A stretch of DNA of 64,000 nt from the human T2T-CHM13v2.0 reference genome, Homo sapiens, in assembly GCF_009914755.1 (NCBI RefSeq), contig NC_060935.1; one strand, written 5' to 3'. The position numbers and the translations under genes are program-made. The notes below the pieces were generated by a model. The model was not told the DNA's origin. It saw only the letters and a program-made list of their open reading frames with translations, and made no database searches. Shown piece after piece: positions 16,544 through 29,765 of this stretch (the first letter of the stretch is position 1; the number at the start of each line of letters is the position of its first letter).

Positions 16544-19500
16544 TTTCATTTCTTTACTTGCAATTTTATACTTGTGAATTATGTGATGTGGAGAACTCAG
16601 CAGTGAAATTTCTGGAGGCATCAAGAACTATCTCAGCATTTCTGGTCAGGGCCACTCACGGATGTCTTTCCTTCTGTGTGCCCTGTGGGGTGCGTGAATC
16701 TCAGATACAACACATTTTTCTTCTCAGTTATCCACATGTCTTAGGGCAGATTGCCCTACCTTGAAAACAACATTGGCTTGACCAATCATATCCTTTTTTC
16801 TCACTCCACATTTTGGTAATTAGCCCTGAACATTATGGGGTGGTGGCGGCAGGTTATAGATTTTGTAGCTTTTAGAGCTGGAGAAGGTGAGAGGTCATTT
16901 GGACCAACTCCCTTGCTTTACAAGACAAGGAAACTGGGGAAACTGAGGAATTGGAGGGGGCATGACTTGCTTATCCAGCAAGTAGTGGCTTTTTCCGCTA
17001 TCTACACTTCTTAGCTCTCTTAGTCCAACTCCTTCTTTTAAGAGATAACTAAACAGATGTTAAAATGCATGTGACTTGGTCAAGGCCAATAAGTGGATAG
17101 TACAAATGAACTAGAAGCCAGGCCTTCTAGCTCCCACTTTCAGCAGCTGTGAAAGGGAAATGGGGAAGCACAAGTGAGGGAGTGGGGAGAGTGGCGGAGA
17201 AGGGAGAATGCCCCAGAGGTGCTTTAGTGAGGAGGCTTCACAGGGACAACTGGGGCTCAGCCCCAAGGGGACCAAGGAACTGTGTTAAATTGCCTCATCT
17301 GGAGTCACCATCCCACCCAAACTGCATGAACAGATATTTGTCCCAATAATGGGGAAACCATGTCCATAATCAGTGCTTTGGCCAGAAATAGCTCTCTCAT
17401 TTCCTCATCTGGAGTTGGAGAAACTGGAGTATTTTTCCAGACTCTTGTTCCTCATTGGTTGAAGATGATTATTCCTGGCTGGTGCTTCTGGGCTGCCCTG
17501 TATGAGTGGAGCAAGCTTAGTGTCCTGGAGAAAGCCTGCAGGTGGAGAAGTAGAGGTGCAGGTAGAAAGCTGAAGTGTTCTGCAAACTATGTATTGCAGC
17601 TGCTTGTGGACTCAAAAGTGGCCCAAGGGTATGTGGGCTGGAGTCTCGTAGTGTCTGTTATGGAATGTGGTTCAGATTGGACCCAGGAGATAGCAGAAGC
17701 CTTCCCTCTCTGTGATGCACCAAATGCTCTGTTAAGTGCACCAAATGCTTAGTATGAGTCAATTATCTTGGGGAAACAGATGAAGGGACTGAAGTATGCA
17801 TCTGGGGTGATGAGGGGCAAAACAGAGAAAGTTGCACAGACCCAAGAGCTGGATCATGAGAGCAAAAGCCTCAGGAATTGCCCAATCCTGAACAGAGCCT
17901 CATATACTTCCATAGGGTAGGTGACTAGGTCTCTAAGGGGCAACTCAGTACATACACAGCCCTTCTGTTCCCACTCCAGGCATTGGAATGAGATGTGTGG
18001 GAATAGGCGAGGTTTTCTCCCACCAGAATAAGGACTCTAGATGTAGTCTCATGGCCCAGGCCTGGCAGCAACTCCCCTCTCCTCTGCCCAGAGCCCACCT
18101 GCTCTTTGAGGTCTGTGAGCAGTTCCAGGCCTGGGCAAGCTCACTCACCATTTCCAGGTGTCAGCAGGGCACTTGAGGCTGCAGGTAACTTTCCAGCTGA
18201 GATGACCCTTCATGTCAAATGATTTTATGCCACACTGACAAACAGGTATTCATAGTGAAGTGCCTTAGGAAGGAGGCAATGAGAGCTATTTCTGGCTAAA
18301 GCACTGATTATGGACATGGTTTTCCCATTACTGTGACAAATATCTGCTCATGCAGTTTGGGTGTGATGGTGAGAGAATAAACTTGATTCTCTCTCTTTCT
18401 TTCTTTTTTTTTTTTTAAAATTAAAGTCAAGGAAAGGCTGCTAAGAGCCCAGAGGAGGAAGCTGGACAGAGGAACCCAGTCCCTTTGGGTTCGTTGTGTC
18501 CCTCAGCTACCAGGGCCAAAAACAGTGGCTGACACAGCTGGGCTGGTGAATACTTGGCCTCTCTGCTCTTGGCACAGTGGACAGGGACACAGATGCCATG
18601 CTGCCAGCTCTCCTGGTATTTTATCATCATTTCCTTCTCTGTCAGTATCAATATCCAAACAACTGAACTACTATCCAGAGAAGCAGAGAGAGGCTCTGTA
18701 TGCTAAACAAGACGGTGTGTTGGACTGGGAGGCAGGGGATCTGCCACTAACTGGCTCTCTGGGCCTTGGGGTCCTCATCTCCAAAGCCAGGGAGAAAGAC
18801 TAGAGGGTATCTGTCTCCTTTTCCACATCAGGAGGTGATGGTGTCTCATTTTATTTTTATTTTTTCCCTGGGAAGGAAATCTGAGATTGAAGTTCTACTG
18901 TGAGCTAAGGTTTTCTCATTTACTTTAGCAGTTACTTTGGCCTCTCTGAGGTTGTTTTCTCATCTGTAAAGTGAGGATAATAAAGCCTGCTGTTTCTAGC
19001 TCAGGAGGGTTTTGAGGGAAAATCAGGTGAAACGATGATTATAAAAATGCTCTATAAACTATATAATGTTTTATTAATTCATCCATCCATTCATTCATAT
19101 GATTAATGAGCATCTATGCACATGGTGGTTCCTGAGAACCAAACAACACATGTATAGATGCAGTCCCTGGCCTTGACGGGGTCTCAGTTTTATGTAAATG
19201 GAGACAAAAAGCACGTAGATTACTGTGACTCATACTAAAATAGCTATGAGAGCACAGAAGACCTGGCAGCTCTCAGGGGCAAGCTGACCCACACACCTAA
19301 CAGGAGAGTGACACACATATCCAATCCACAGCCATTTACAGAATTTGTGCTCAGTATGTGTGTATCTGTCTCCTGGTTGAGGCCTGCACTTACCTGGCTC
19401 TTAATGTCACTGCCTTTTTTTCCCTCCTGTCTCCTGTTTCTTGATAAGTCTGTTTTTGGCAAGCCCTCCTTCCCAGGCCACAGGGACAGAGCAGGTGTGC

Positions 19501-21510
19501 TGTTCCTTCTTGGGCAAACATCCCACAGAGGGAGTGGGTCCAACTTCCCAGGCAGTACAGGCTGTTCTTAAGTGCACACAGCCTCAGGGACAAGTCAGCC
19601 AAGCTTAACATGCTTCTTTGCATATATATTGTTTATGAAGTCATAGCATGCCATGGAATAAAAGACCAGTGATCCTAACATTCCCTTTCTCCTCATGAAG
19701 TGCAAAACTCCCTTATATCTACTAAGTATATAAGGAGCTGGGCACTGGCCCAGCCTCATGGCCACCAGCACTTTTTTCCAGATGGCAGGAAGCAAGCCTG
19801 CAGGAGATCAGAGGAACTGTCTCTTTAAGAACCTTTGAGCTTGTGGGAAAGGGCATATCAGTAGTGACCAACAGTGAGACTGCCCACTGATGACTAGTCT
19901 GAGGGGTGATCACTGCCCAGAAGAGAGAAGCCTTCTAAGATGCCTTTCTTTCTCATCCTGGTCACTTCTGGAAGTGTTGCTGTATCTCTTCTACTCATCT
20001 TTTTCCCCCAAAGACCCCAGAAGTATTCCTGTGCCTTTTGTTTTTGTAGTAGAAACTCTCCGAACCTTCATGTTACTGCCTAACCAGGTAAACTGGGGCT
20101 CTCTATCTCATCTGCAAATGTTCTGATTGATACCCGTGGGAAGTGAAGTTCTTGCAGCTAAGAGGCTACTCTGTTTGCATGTAGACTTTCACTCCCACTA
20201 ATCGAGTTATTTTTAACGCATTATTAGTTATTGCTTACCAAGAATTAGGTCTATTTGATCCTAAACTGTTTATTCCAATTGTAGTTATTGTTATCATGTA
20301 ATTCAATATAATAGGTAAACTGATGAAATAAAGCTTATTTTCACAAAAACTAAGCAGCATTTTTTAAACCTTCAATAAAAATGAGGAGTTTATAAAAATT
20401 GATATCAAAGGTATAGGTGAAACAACTGGACACGATATAGTAAAAGTTGTACCTGTCACTTTTGTCACATCCCATTGGCCAGAACTTGTTTCCATGGCCA
20501 TGTTTAGTTGCTTGCAGGCTGGAAAATGCCTAGGAGGCCACATGCCCAGCTCAAATCCAGGTTTCCATGACTTCAAGAAAGATTGGGAAAAGAGATACTG
20601 GGGACACGTAGCACTCTATATAAAGGTACTTTTTTCTATGATTCACTGATTTGATCAAAATTTTTTTTGACTAACTAATGGATTATTGGCCCAGATATCC
20701 TCAGATAAGAGGATTCTTACTGTATGGCTACTTTCCCTGAACTCTCATCATACTCTTCACTGGTTTAAGTCCTATTCCGCCATTGTTCATTCATTGGCAT
20801 TTTAATCATTTATTTATTCCACAGATATTTATTGTTGTACGAGGCACTGGACACTGAGGAAACAGGAACAGGCAAGGAAGACAGGTCTAAGGTATTTTGT
20901 TAGAGCAGTACAAGAGGTCTAAGACATCATCTATAAAATAAGAGGGTTAGATTTAATAACTGCAATGCTTGTCACTATACCATAATTCAAAATGCTTACA
21001 CTCCTATTACCAGCTTCCTAGGGCAGAATTTGCTGGGTTTTGAGTCATGGGACGTTGCAGCCATGGTCACTGCTAAAGACTGGAAGTAAGAGAGGCCAGT
21101 GGCTTCAGAGGTGGTCTGGTCTGAGATCTGTGCCTTAGGGGAAGGGAGCCCTGAGTAACTACACCAATCAAATCCTTTCTGTCAAGGAATTTGAAGGCAC
21201 TCAGTGAGACACAGAGGACAGAGAAGCTCAGAGTTAGGCAGAGAAGCCAGTGACAGAGCCATGAGGCTTATACAGGAGTGAGGGAACAAGGAGTTGCTGG
21301 GAGAAATAAAAACTGAGGAATGAGGGGTGCTGTTGGATCATTAGAAGAGTTGTGGTATCCAGAGTGACTACGGCTGGGATGGGTCCCTTTGCTTCCTTAT
21401 TTCCCACATGACAGTTTAGGTAATGTATGAGCTCTTGGCAATTTATTTAATATCTTCATAGTGCTAGGCACTATTCTAGGCATTTTATAATTTGTATATA
21501 GGCACTATCT

Positions 21511-24500
21511 TTTATTTTATTATTTTATACTTTAAGTTCTAGGATACATGTGCAGATGTGCAAGTTTGTTACATAGGTATACATATGCCATGGTGGTTTG
21601 CTGCACCTGTCATCTACATTAGGTATTTCTCCTAATGCTATCCCTCCCTTTCCCCTGCACCCCCCAACAGGCCTGGTGTGTGATGTTCCCCTCCCTGTGT
21701 CCATGCGTCCTCATTGTTCAACTCCCACTTATGAGTGAGAACATGTGGTGTTTGGTTTTCTATTCCTGTGTTAGTTTGCTGAGAATGATGGTTTCCAACT
21801 TCATCCGTGTTCCTGCAAAGGACATGAACTCATTCTTTTTTATGGCTGCATAGTATTCCATGGTGTATATGTGCCACATTTTCTTAATCCAGTCTGTCAT
21901 TGATGGGCATTTGAGTTGGTTCCAAGTCTTTGCTATTGTAAATAGTGCTGCAATAAACATACGTGTGCATGGGTCTTCATAGTAGAATGATTTATAATCC
22001 TTTGGTTATATACCCAGTAATGGGATTGCTGGGTCAAATGGTATTTCTGGTTCTAGATCCTTGAGGAATCACGACACTGTCTTCCACAATGGTTGAACGA
22101 TTTTACACTCCCACCAATGGTGTAAAAGCATTCCTATTTTTCCACATCCTCTCTAGCATCTGTTGTTTCTGACTTTTTAATGATTGCCATTCTAACTGGC
22201 ATGAGATGGTATCTCATTGTGGTTTTGATTTGCATTTCTTTAATGACCCGTGATGATGAGCTTTTTGTCATATGTTTGTTGGCCTCATAAATGGCTTCTT
22301 TTGAGAAGTGTCTGTTCATATCCTTCACCCACTTTTGATGGGGTTGTTTTTTTCTTGTAAATTTGTTTAAGTTCCTTGTAGATTCTGGATATTAGGCCTT
22401 TGTCACATGGACAGATTGCACAAATTTTCTCCCATTCTGTAGGTTGCCTGTTCACTCTGATGATAGTTTCTTTTGCTGTACAGAAGCTCTGTAGTTTTAC
22501 TAGATCCCATTTGTTGATTTTGGCTTTTGTTGCCATTGCTTTTGGTATTTTAGTCATGAAGTCTTTGCCCATCCCTATGTCCTGAATAGTACTGCTTAGG
22601 TTTTCTTCTAGGTTTTTATGGTTTTAGGTCTTACATTTAAGTCTTTAATCCATCTTGAGTTAATTTTTGTAGATGGCATAAGGAAGGGGTCCAGTTTCAG
22701 TTTTCTCCACATGGCCAGCCAGTTTTCCCAACACCATTTATTAAATAGGGAATCCTTTCCCCATTGCTTGTTTTTGTTAGGTTTGTCAAAGATCAGACAG
22801 TTGTAGATGTGTGGTGTTATTTCTGAGGCCTCTGTTCTGTTCCATTGGTCTATATCTCTGTTTTGGTATCAGTACCATGCTGTTTTGGTTACTGTAGCCA
22901 TGCTTATGGTTTGAATTCAGCCTCCAGCTTTGTTCTTTTTCCTTAGGATTGTCTTGGCTATATGAGCTCTTTTTTTGGTTCCATATGAACTTTAAAGTAG
23001 TTTTTCTAATTCTGTGAAGAAAGTCAATGGTAGCTTGATGGGGATAGCATTGAAACTGTAAATTACTTTTGGCGGTATGGCCATTTTCACAATATTGATT
23101 CCTCCTATCCATGAGCATGGAATGTTTTTCCATTTGTGTCCTCTCTTACTTCCTTGAGCAGTGGTTTGTGGTTCTCCTTGAAGAGGTCCTTCACATCCCT
23201 TGTATGTTGGATTCCTAGGTATTTTATTCTCTTTGTAGCAATTGTGAATGGGAGTTCACTCATGATTTGGCTCTCTGTTTGTCTATTATTGGTGTATAGG
23301 AGTGCTTGTGATTTTTGCACATTGATTTTGTATCCTGAGACTTTGCTGAAGTTGCTTATCAGCTTAAGGAGATTTAGAGCTGAGACGATGGGGTTTTCTA
23401 AATATACAATCATGTCATCTGCAAAAAGAGGCAATTTGACTTCCTCTTTTCCTAATTGAGTACGCTTTATTTCTTTCTCTTACCTGATTGCCCTGGCCAG
23501 AACTTCCAATACTATGTTGAATAGGAGTGGTGAGAGGGTATCTTTGTCTTGTGCTGGTTTTTAAAGGGAATGCTTCCAGTTTTTGCCCATTCAGTATGAT
23601 ACTGGCTGTGAGTTTGTCATAAATAGCTCTTATTATTCTGAGATGTGTTCCATCAATAGTTTATTGAGAGTTTTTAGAATGAAGGGGTGTTGAATTTTGT
23701 TGAAGGCCTTTTCTGCATCTGTTGAGATAATCATGTGGTTTTGGTCATTGGTTCTGTTTACGTAATGGATTATGTTTATTGATTTGCATATGTTGAACCA
23801 GCCTTGCATCCTAGGTATGAAGCCAACTTGATCATGGTGGATAAGCTTTTTGCTGTGTTGCTGGATTTGGTTTGCCAGTATTTTATTGAGGATTTTTGCA
23901 TCGATGTTCATCAGGGATATTGGCCTGAAATTTTCTTTTTTTTTGTTATGTCTCTACCAGATTTTGGTATCAGGATGATGCTGACCTCATAAAATGAGTT
24001 AGGGAGTATTCCCTCTTTTTCAATTGTTTGGAATAGTTTCAGAAGGAATAGTACCAGCTCCTCTTTGTACCTCTGGTAGAATTCAGCTGTGAATCCAGCT
24101 GGTCCTGGACTTTGGTTGGTTGGCAGGCTAATAATTACTGCCTCAATTTCAGAACTTGTTATTGGTCTATTCAGGGATTTGACTTCTTCCTTGTTTAGTT
24201 TTGGGAGGGTGTATGTGTCCAGGAATTCATCCATTTCTTCTAGATTTTCTAGTTTATTTGCATAGAGGTGTTTATAGTATTATCTGATGGTAGTTTGTAT
24301 TTCTGTGGGATCAGTGGTGATATCCCCTTTATCAATTTTTATTGTGTCTATTTGATTCTTCTCTCTTTTCTTCTTTATTAGTCTGGCTAGTGGTCTATAT
24401 ATTTTGTTGATCTTTTCAAAAAAACCAGTTCCTGGACTCATTGATTTTTTGAAGGGTTTTTCATGTCTCTATCTCCTTCAGTTCTCCTCTGATCTTAGTT

Positions 24501-25643
24501 ATTTCTTGTCTTCTGCTAGCTTTTGAATTTGTTTGCTGTTGCTTCTCTAGTTGTTTTAATTTTGATGTTAGGGTGTCAATCTTAGATCTTTCCTTTCTCT
24601 TGTGGGCATTTAGTGCTATAGATTTCCCTCTACATACTACTTTAGCTGCGTCCCAGAGATTCTGGTACATTGCGTCTTTGTTCTCATTGGTATCAAAGAA
24701 CATCTTTATTTCTGCCTTAATTTCATTATTTACCCAGTAGTCATTCAGTAGCAGATTGTTCAGTTTCCATGTAGTTGTGTGGTTTTGAGTGAGTTTCTTA
24801 ATCCTGAGTTCTAATTTGATTGCACTGTGGTCTGAGAGACTGTTTGTTATAATTTCCGTTCTTTTGCATTTGCCGAGGAGTGTTTTACTTCCAATTATGT
24901 GGTCAATTTTAGAATAAGTGTGATGAGATGCTGAGAAGAATGCATATTCTGTTGATTTGGGGTGGAGAGTTCTGCAGATATATATGTCCACTTGGTCCAG
25001 AGCTGAGTTCAAGTCGTGAATATCCTTGTTAATTTTCTGTCTCATTGATCTGTCTAATATTGACAGTGTGGTGTTAAAATCTCCCATTATTACTGTGTGG
25101 GAGTCTAAGTCTCCTTGTAGGTCTCTAAGAACTTGCTTTATGAATCTGGGTGATCCTATATTGGATGCATATATATTTAGGATAGTTAGCTCTTCTGGTT
25201 GCATTGATCTCTTTATCATTATGTAATGCCCTTCTCTGTCTTTTTTGATCTTTGTTGGTTTAAAGTCTGTTTTATCAGAGACTAGGATTGCAATCCTTCC
25301 TTTTTTGCTTTTCATTTGCTTGGTAAATATTCCTCCATCCCTTTATTTTGAGCCTATGTGCATCTTTGCATGTGAGATGGGTCTTCTGAATACAGCACAC
25401 CAATGGATCTTGACTCTTTATCCAATTTGCCAGTCTGTGTGTTTTAATTGGGGCATTTAGCCCATTTACATTTAAGGTTAATATTGTTATGTGTGAATTT
25501 GATCCTGTTATTATGATGCTAGCTGGTTATTTTGCCTGTTAGTTGATGCAGTTTCTTCATAGAATTGATGTTCTCTACAATTTGGTATGTTTTTGCAGTG
25601 GCTGGTACCAGTTGTTGCTTCCTTCAGGAGCTCTTGTAAGGCA
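21511..25643 (-). mobile_element. L1PA7/8-like LINE-1, ~4.1 kb, disrupted ORF2 plus the last codons of ORF1
   Basis: Antisense ORF2 peptides ([20 protein letters not shown]-terminal WNQ..CP) with multiple stops and frameshifts; 3'UTR ggtggtttgctgcacc type. Confidence 0.92.
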
Positions 25644-26444
25644 ACAATAAGCATGTAAAAAAATGCTCAACATCAGTGATCATTAGGGAAATGCAACTCA
25701 AAACTACAATGTGATACCGTCTCATGCCAGTCAGAATGGCTATTACCAAAAAGTCAAAAAGTAATAGATGCTGGTGAGGTTGCAGAGAAAAGGGAGCACT
25801 TATACACTGCTAATGGGAATGTAAATTAATTCAGCCACTGTGGAAAGCAGTCTGGAGATTTCTCAAAGAACTTAAAATAGAACTACCATTTGACCCAGGA
25901 ATCCCATTATTGGGCATGTACCAAAAGGAATAGAAAGCACTCTATCATAATGATACATGCGTGTGTATGTTCATTGCTGCACTGTTCACTGTAGTAAAAA
26001 TGTGAAATTAACCTAGATGCCCATCAATAGTAGACAGGATAAAGAAAATATGGTACATATATACCCTGGAATACTACATCATCATAAAAAAGAACAAGAT
26101 TATGTCCTTTGCAGTAACATGGATGGAGCTGGAAGACATTATCCTAAGTCAATTAATGCAGGAACAGAAAACCAAACACTGCATGTTCTCATTTATAGGT
26201 GGGAGCTAAACATTGAATACAGATGGACACAAGGGAACAATAGACACCAGGGCCTAATCGAAGGTGGAGGTTGGGAGGAGACTGAGAATTGAAAAACTAC
26301 CTATCGAGTACTATGCTTATTAACTGAATGACAAAATTATCTGTATACGAAACCCCCACGACATTCAATTTAGCCATGTAACAAACCTACAGATGTACCC
26401 CTTGAACCAAAAATAGAAGTTGGAAAGAAAAAAATAAAATAAAA
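25644..26444 (+). mobile_element. Older L1 3' end (L1PA13-16-like)
   Basis: Sense ORF2 end and 3'UTR (gaaaaactacctatcgagtactatgctt) ending in an A-rich tail. Confidence 0.85.
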
Positions 26445-27621
26445 TTTGTGATCTTAAATAATCTATAGCCAGGCTTTACCGATAAGAATCCTGTACAGCT
26501 TGGGTGAGGGAGTGTTCTTTTGGGATGAGGTCATGGCAAAAGGACTCAGGACCAACTTGAAGAGGCTTCCATCTGACAAAGATATGAGGATTTAATCATC
26601 AAGAAGAATAATGTCTACAATTGGTTAGAATATATCATTTATGTTTAAAGCCATAATTATGATACTTTAGAAACATTTTTAGTTATTTATGAAGGATGCT
26701 CTTTCTTCCACATATTTTACCTAAAGGTAACAGAAAATTGATAGGACATCTGTTTTTATAGAAGTATCCACTTAATAAACGAAGAAATGATACAATCAGA
26801 AATCACCATTTTGCAGCTTCAAATGATATAATAGATCTAGTCAATGATCATCAATGTTACAAAGAGAAAGATAAGCAAGACAAAATGTTCTTTCAAAGGA
26901 CCTACAGAACTTCGCTATAACCAATGTAACCCTTTAACACATAGTACTTAAGTGCCGCCAAGTTTCAAGTCTTGAATGGGAGAATACGGTTTTAAACATT
27001 TAAACACATGGATGGACCATCACCTACTTTGACTGAGTTGTCAATTTTTTGAAAAAGGAGCACTCCTTGAGATGAAATCACTTCCCTGTAACGTGTAACT
27101 GTACAATTCAAATATATCTCCTGTACTCTGAAGGCCCAGTTATTTGGGTGCACAGAAATCTCAATGTGCTTCCTTTATGTGCTTCACAGGTAACAACCCA
27201 TGCCTACCCATTGGGTAACCACCTGGTGTCCAGAGCCATTTGGATGACAATTTCTTGCTCTCATTGACTCTTCCCCTAGGCACATAAACTCAGCCTTAAA
27301 TGATAGAAATAAACGGGTTGAGAAAGATGCTTTAAAATACCCACAAACATCAGCTCTTCCTCCTGCAAGTCTTAGTTGGGGCAGCAGCAGAATTATGGCA
27401 TCTAGACTTTCTGTAAACCCAAGAGTAATGAAACAATAGCAGTTTATTACTTATAGTCATGAGGTATACTCAGAGCCACAGATGGGAAGTAACCAGGCCC
27501 TTGGTGAAAAATAAAATCAGGCTTTTCCAGAGGAAAAAACCCTAGAAAAACACATTGCACATGTCCTCTCTCATTATTGATATAATGAAGTTTATCAGTT
27601 CCCTTCAATTAATGATGTAGG

Positions 27622-28034
27622 TGTCCGGCATCTGAGTCCAAGCTAAGCCATCCTATCCCCTGTGACCTGCACGTACACATCCAGATGGCCAGTTCCTGCT
27701 TTAACTGATGACATTCCACCACAAAAGAAGTGAAAATGGCCTGCTCCTGCCTTAACTGATGTCATTATCTTGTGAAATTCCTTCTCCTGGCTCATCCTGG
27801 CTCAAAAGCTCCCCTACTGAGCACCTTGTGACCCCCACACCTGCCCGCCAGAGAACAACCCCCCTTTGACTGTAATTTTCCTTTACCTACCCAAATCTTA
27901 TAAAATGGCCCCACCCCTGTCTCCCTTCACTGACTCTTTTCAGACTCAGCCCGCCTGCACCCAGGTGAAATAAACAAGCCTTGTTGCTCACACAAAGCCT
28001 GTTTGGTGGTCTCTTCACACAGACACGAGTGAAA
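27622..28034 (+). promoter_or_regulatory. LTR7 promoter/enhancer (5' LTR of provirus 1)
   Basis: Duplicated ttaactgatg enhancer block with ACAAAAGA at 27721-27728, TATAAAA at 27899, GC/CACCC box, AATAAA at 27969; intact downstream splice donor G/GTAAG at 28181. Activity is inferred, not shown. Confidence 0.75.
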
Positions 28035-28505
28035 TTTGGTGCCATGACTCAGATCGGGGGACTTCCCTTGGGAGATCAATCCCCTGTCCTCCTGCTCTTT
28101 GCTGCGTGAGAAAGATCCACCTATGACCTCGGGTCCTCAGACCAACCAACCCAAGGAACATCTCACCAATTTTAAATCGGGTAAGCGGCCTCTTTTTACT
28201 CTCTTCTCCAACATCTCTCACTATCCCTCAACCTCTTTCTCCTTTCAATCTTGGCACCATCTTTCAATCTCTCCCTTCTCTTAATTTAAGTTCCTTTCCT
28301 TTTCTGGTAGAGACAGAGGAGATGTGTTTTATCCGTCAACCCAAAACTCTGGCGCCGGTCACGGACTCGGGAAGACAGTCTTTCCTTGGTGTTTAATCAC
28401 TGTGGGGACACCTGCTTGATTATTCATCCACGTTTCAGAGGTGTCTGATCACCATGGGGATGCCTGCCTTGATCCTTCACCCTTAGTGGCAAGCATGGCT
28501 ATTTT

Positions 28506-28815
28506 GGGGGGCAAGCCCCCCCAACCCTTGTCTCCATGTCTCTGCCCTCTCTTTTCTCTCCACTTTCCTGGGGGGCAAGCACCCCCTACCCCTTCTCTCC
28601 ATATACCTACCCCTTCTCCACTTTCCTGGGGGCAAGCACCCCCCACCCCTTCTCTCCATGTCTCTACCCTCTCTTTTCTCTCCACTTTCCTGCGGGGCAA
28701 GCACCCCCCCCCCACCCCTTCTCTCTGTGTCTCTACCCTCTCTTTTCTCTCCACTTTCCTGGGGGCAAGCATCCCCCACCCCCTTCTCTCCATGTCTCTA
28801 CCCTCTCTTTTCTCT
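28506..28815 (+). repeat. HERV-H leader tandem repeat, 5 units of ~58-68 bp
   Basis: Repeated gggggcaagcaccccc...ttctctccatgtctctaccctctcttttctctccactttcct. Confidence 0.9.
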
Positions 28816-29765
28816 GGGCTTGCTTCCTTCACTATAGGCAACCTTTCACCCTCCACTCCTCCTCCTTCTCCCTTAGCCTGTGTTCTCAAGAACTTAAAAC
28901 TGCTTCTAAATCACAGCTGACCTAAAACCTAAACACCTTATTTTCTTCTGCAATGCCGCTTAACCCCAATACAAACTCGACAATGGTTCCAAATAGCCAG
29001 AAAACGACACTTTCAAATTTTCCATCCTATAAGATCTAGATAATTCTTGCCATAAAATGGGAAAATGGTCTGAGGTGCCTGATGTCCAGGCATTCTTTTA
29101 CACAGCCGTCCCTCTCCAGTCAATGTTCCCAATGCAACTTGTCCCAAATCTTCCTTCTTTCCCTCCTGCCTGTCCCCTCAGGCCCAAACCCAAGTATTGC
29201 TGAGTCTTTCCAATCTTCCTTTTTTACAGACCCATCTGACCTCTCCCCTCCTCCCCAGGCTGCTCCTCCCCAGGCCAAGCCAGGTCCCAATTCTTCCTCA
29301 GCCTCTGCACCCCAACCCTATAATCCTTTTATTACCTCCCCTCCTCACACCTGGTCTGGCTTATAGTTTCATTCCACTACTAGCCCTCCCCTACCTGCCC
29401 AGCAATTTCCTTTTAAAAAGGTGGCTGGAGCTAAAGGCATAGTCAAGGTTAATGCTCCTTTTTCTTTATCTGACCTCTCCCAAATCAGTTAGCATTTAGG
29501 CTCTTTTTCATCAAATATAAAAACCCAGCCCAGTTCATGGCTTATTTGGCAGCAACCCTGAGATGCTTTACAGCCCTAGACCCTGAAAGGTCAGAAGGCC
29601 GTCTTATTCTGAATATGCATTTTATTTTATTACCCAATCCACACCGAATATCAAATAAAGCTCCAAAAATTAAATTCTGGCCCTTAAACTCCACAACAGA
29701 ACTTAATTAACCTCACCTTCAAGGTGTACAATAATAGAGAAAAGTTATAATTACTTGCGTTTACT

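Noticed and set aside
17149-20126. Unique-looking sequence with 60-130 aa ORFs
   Set aside because: No recognisable domains, exon chain or codon-like signal; not distinguishable from chance ORFs in degraded repeats.
28441-28925. Overlapping Pro-rich and Gly/Arg-rich ORFs of 98-159 aa
   Set aside because: Artefact of the stop-poor leader tandem repeat.
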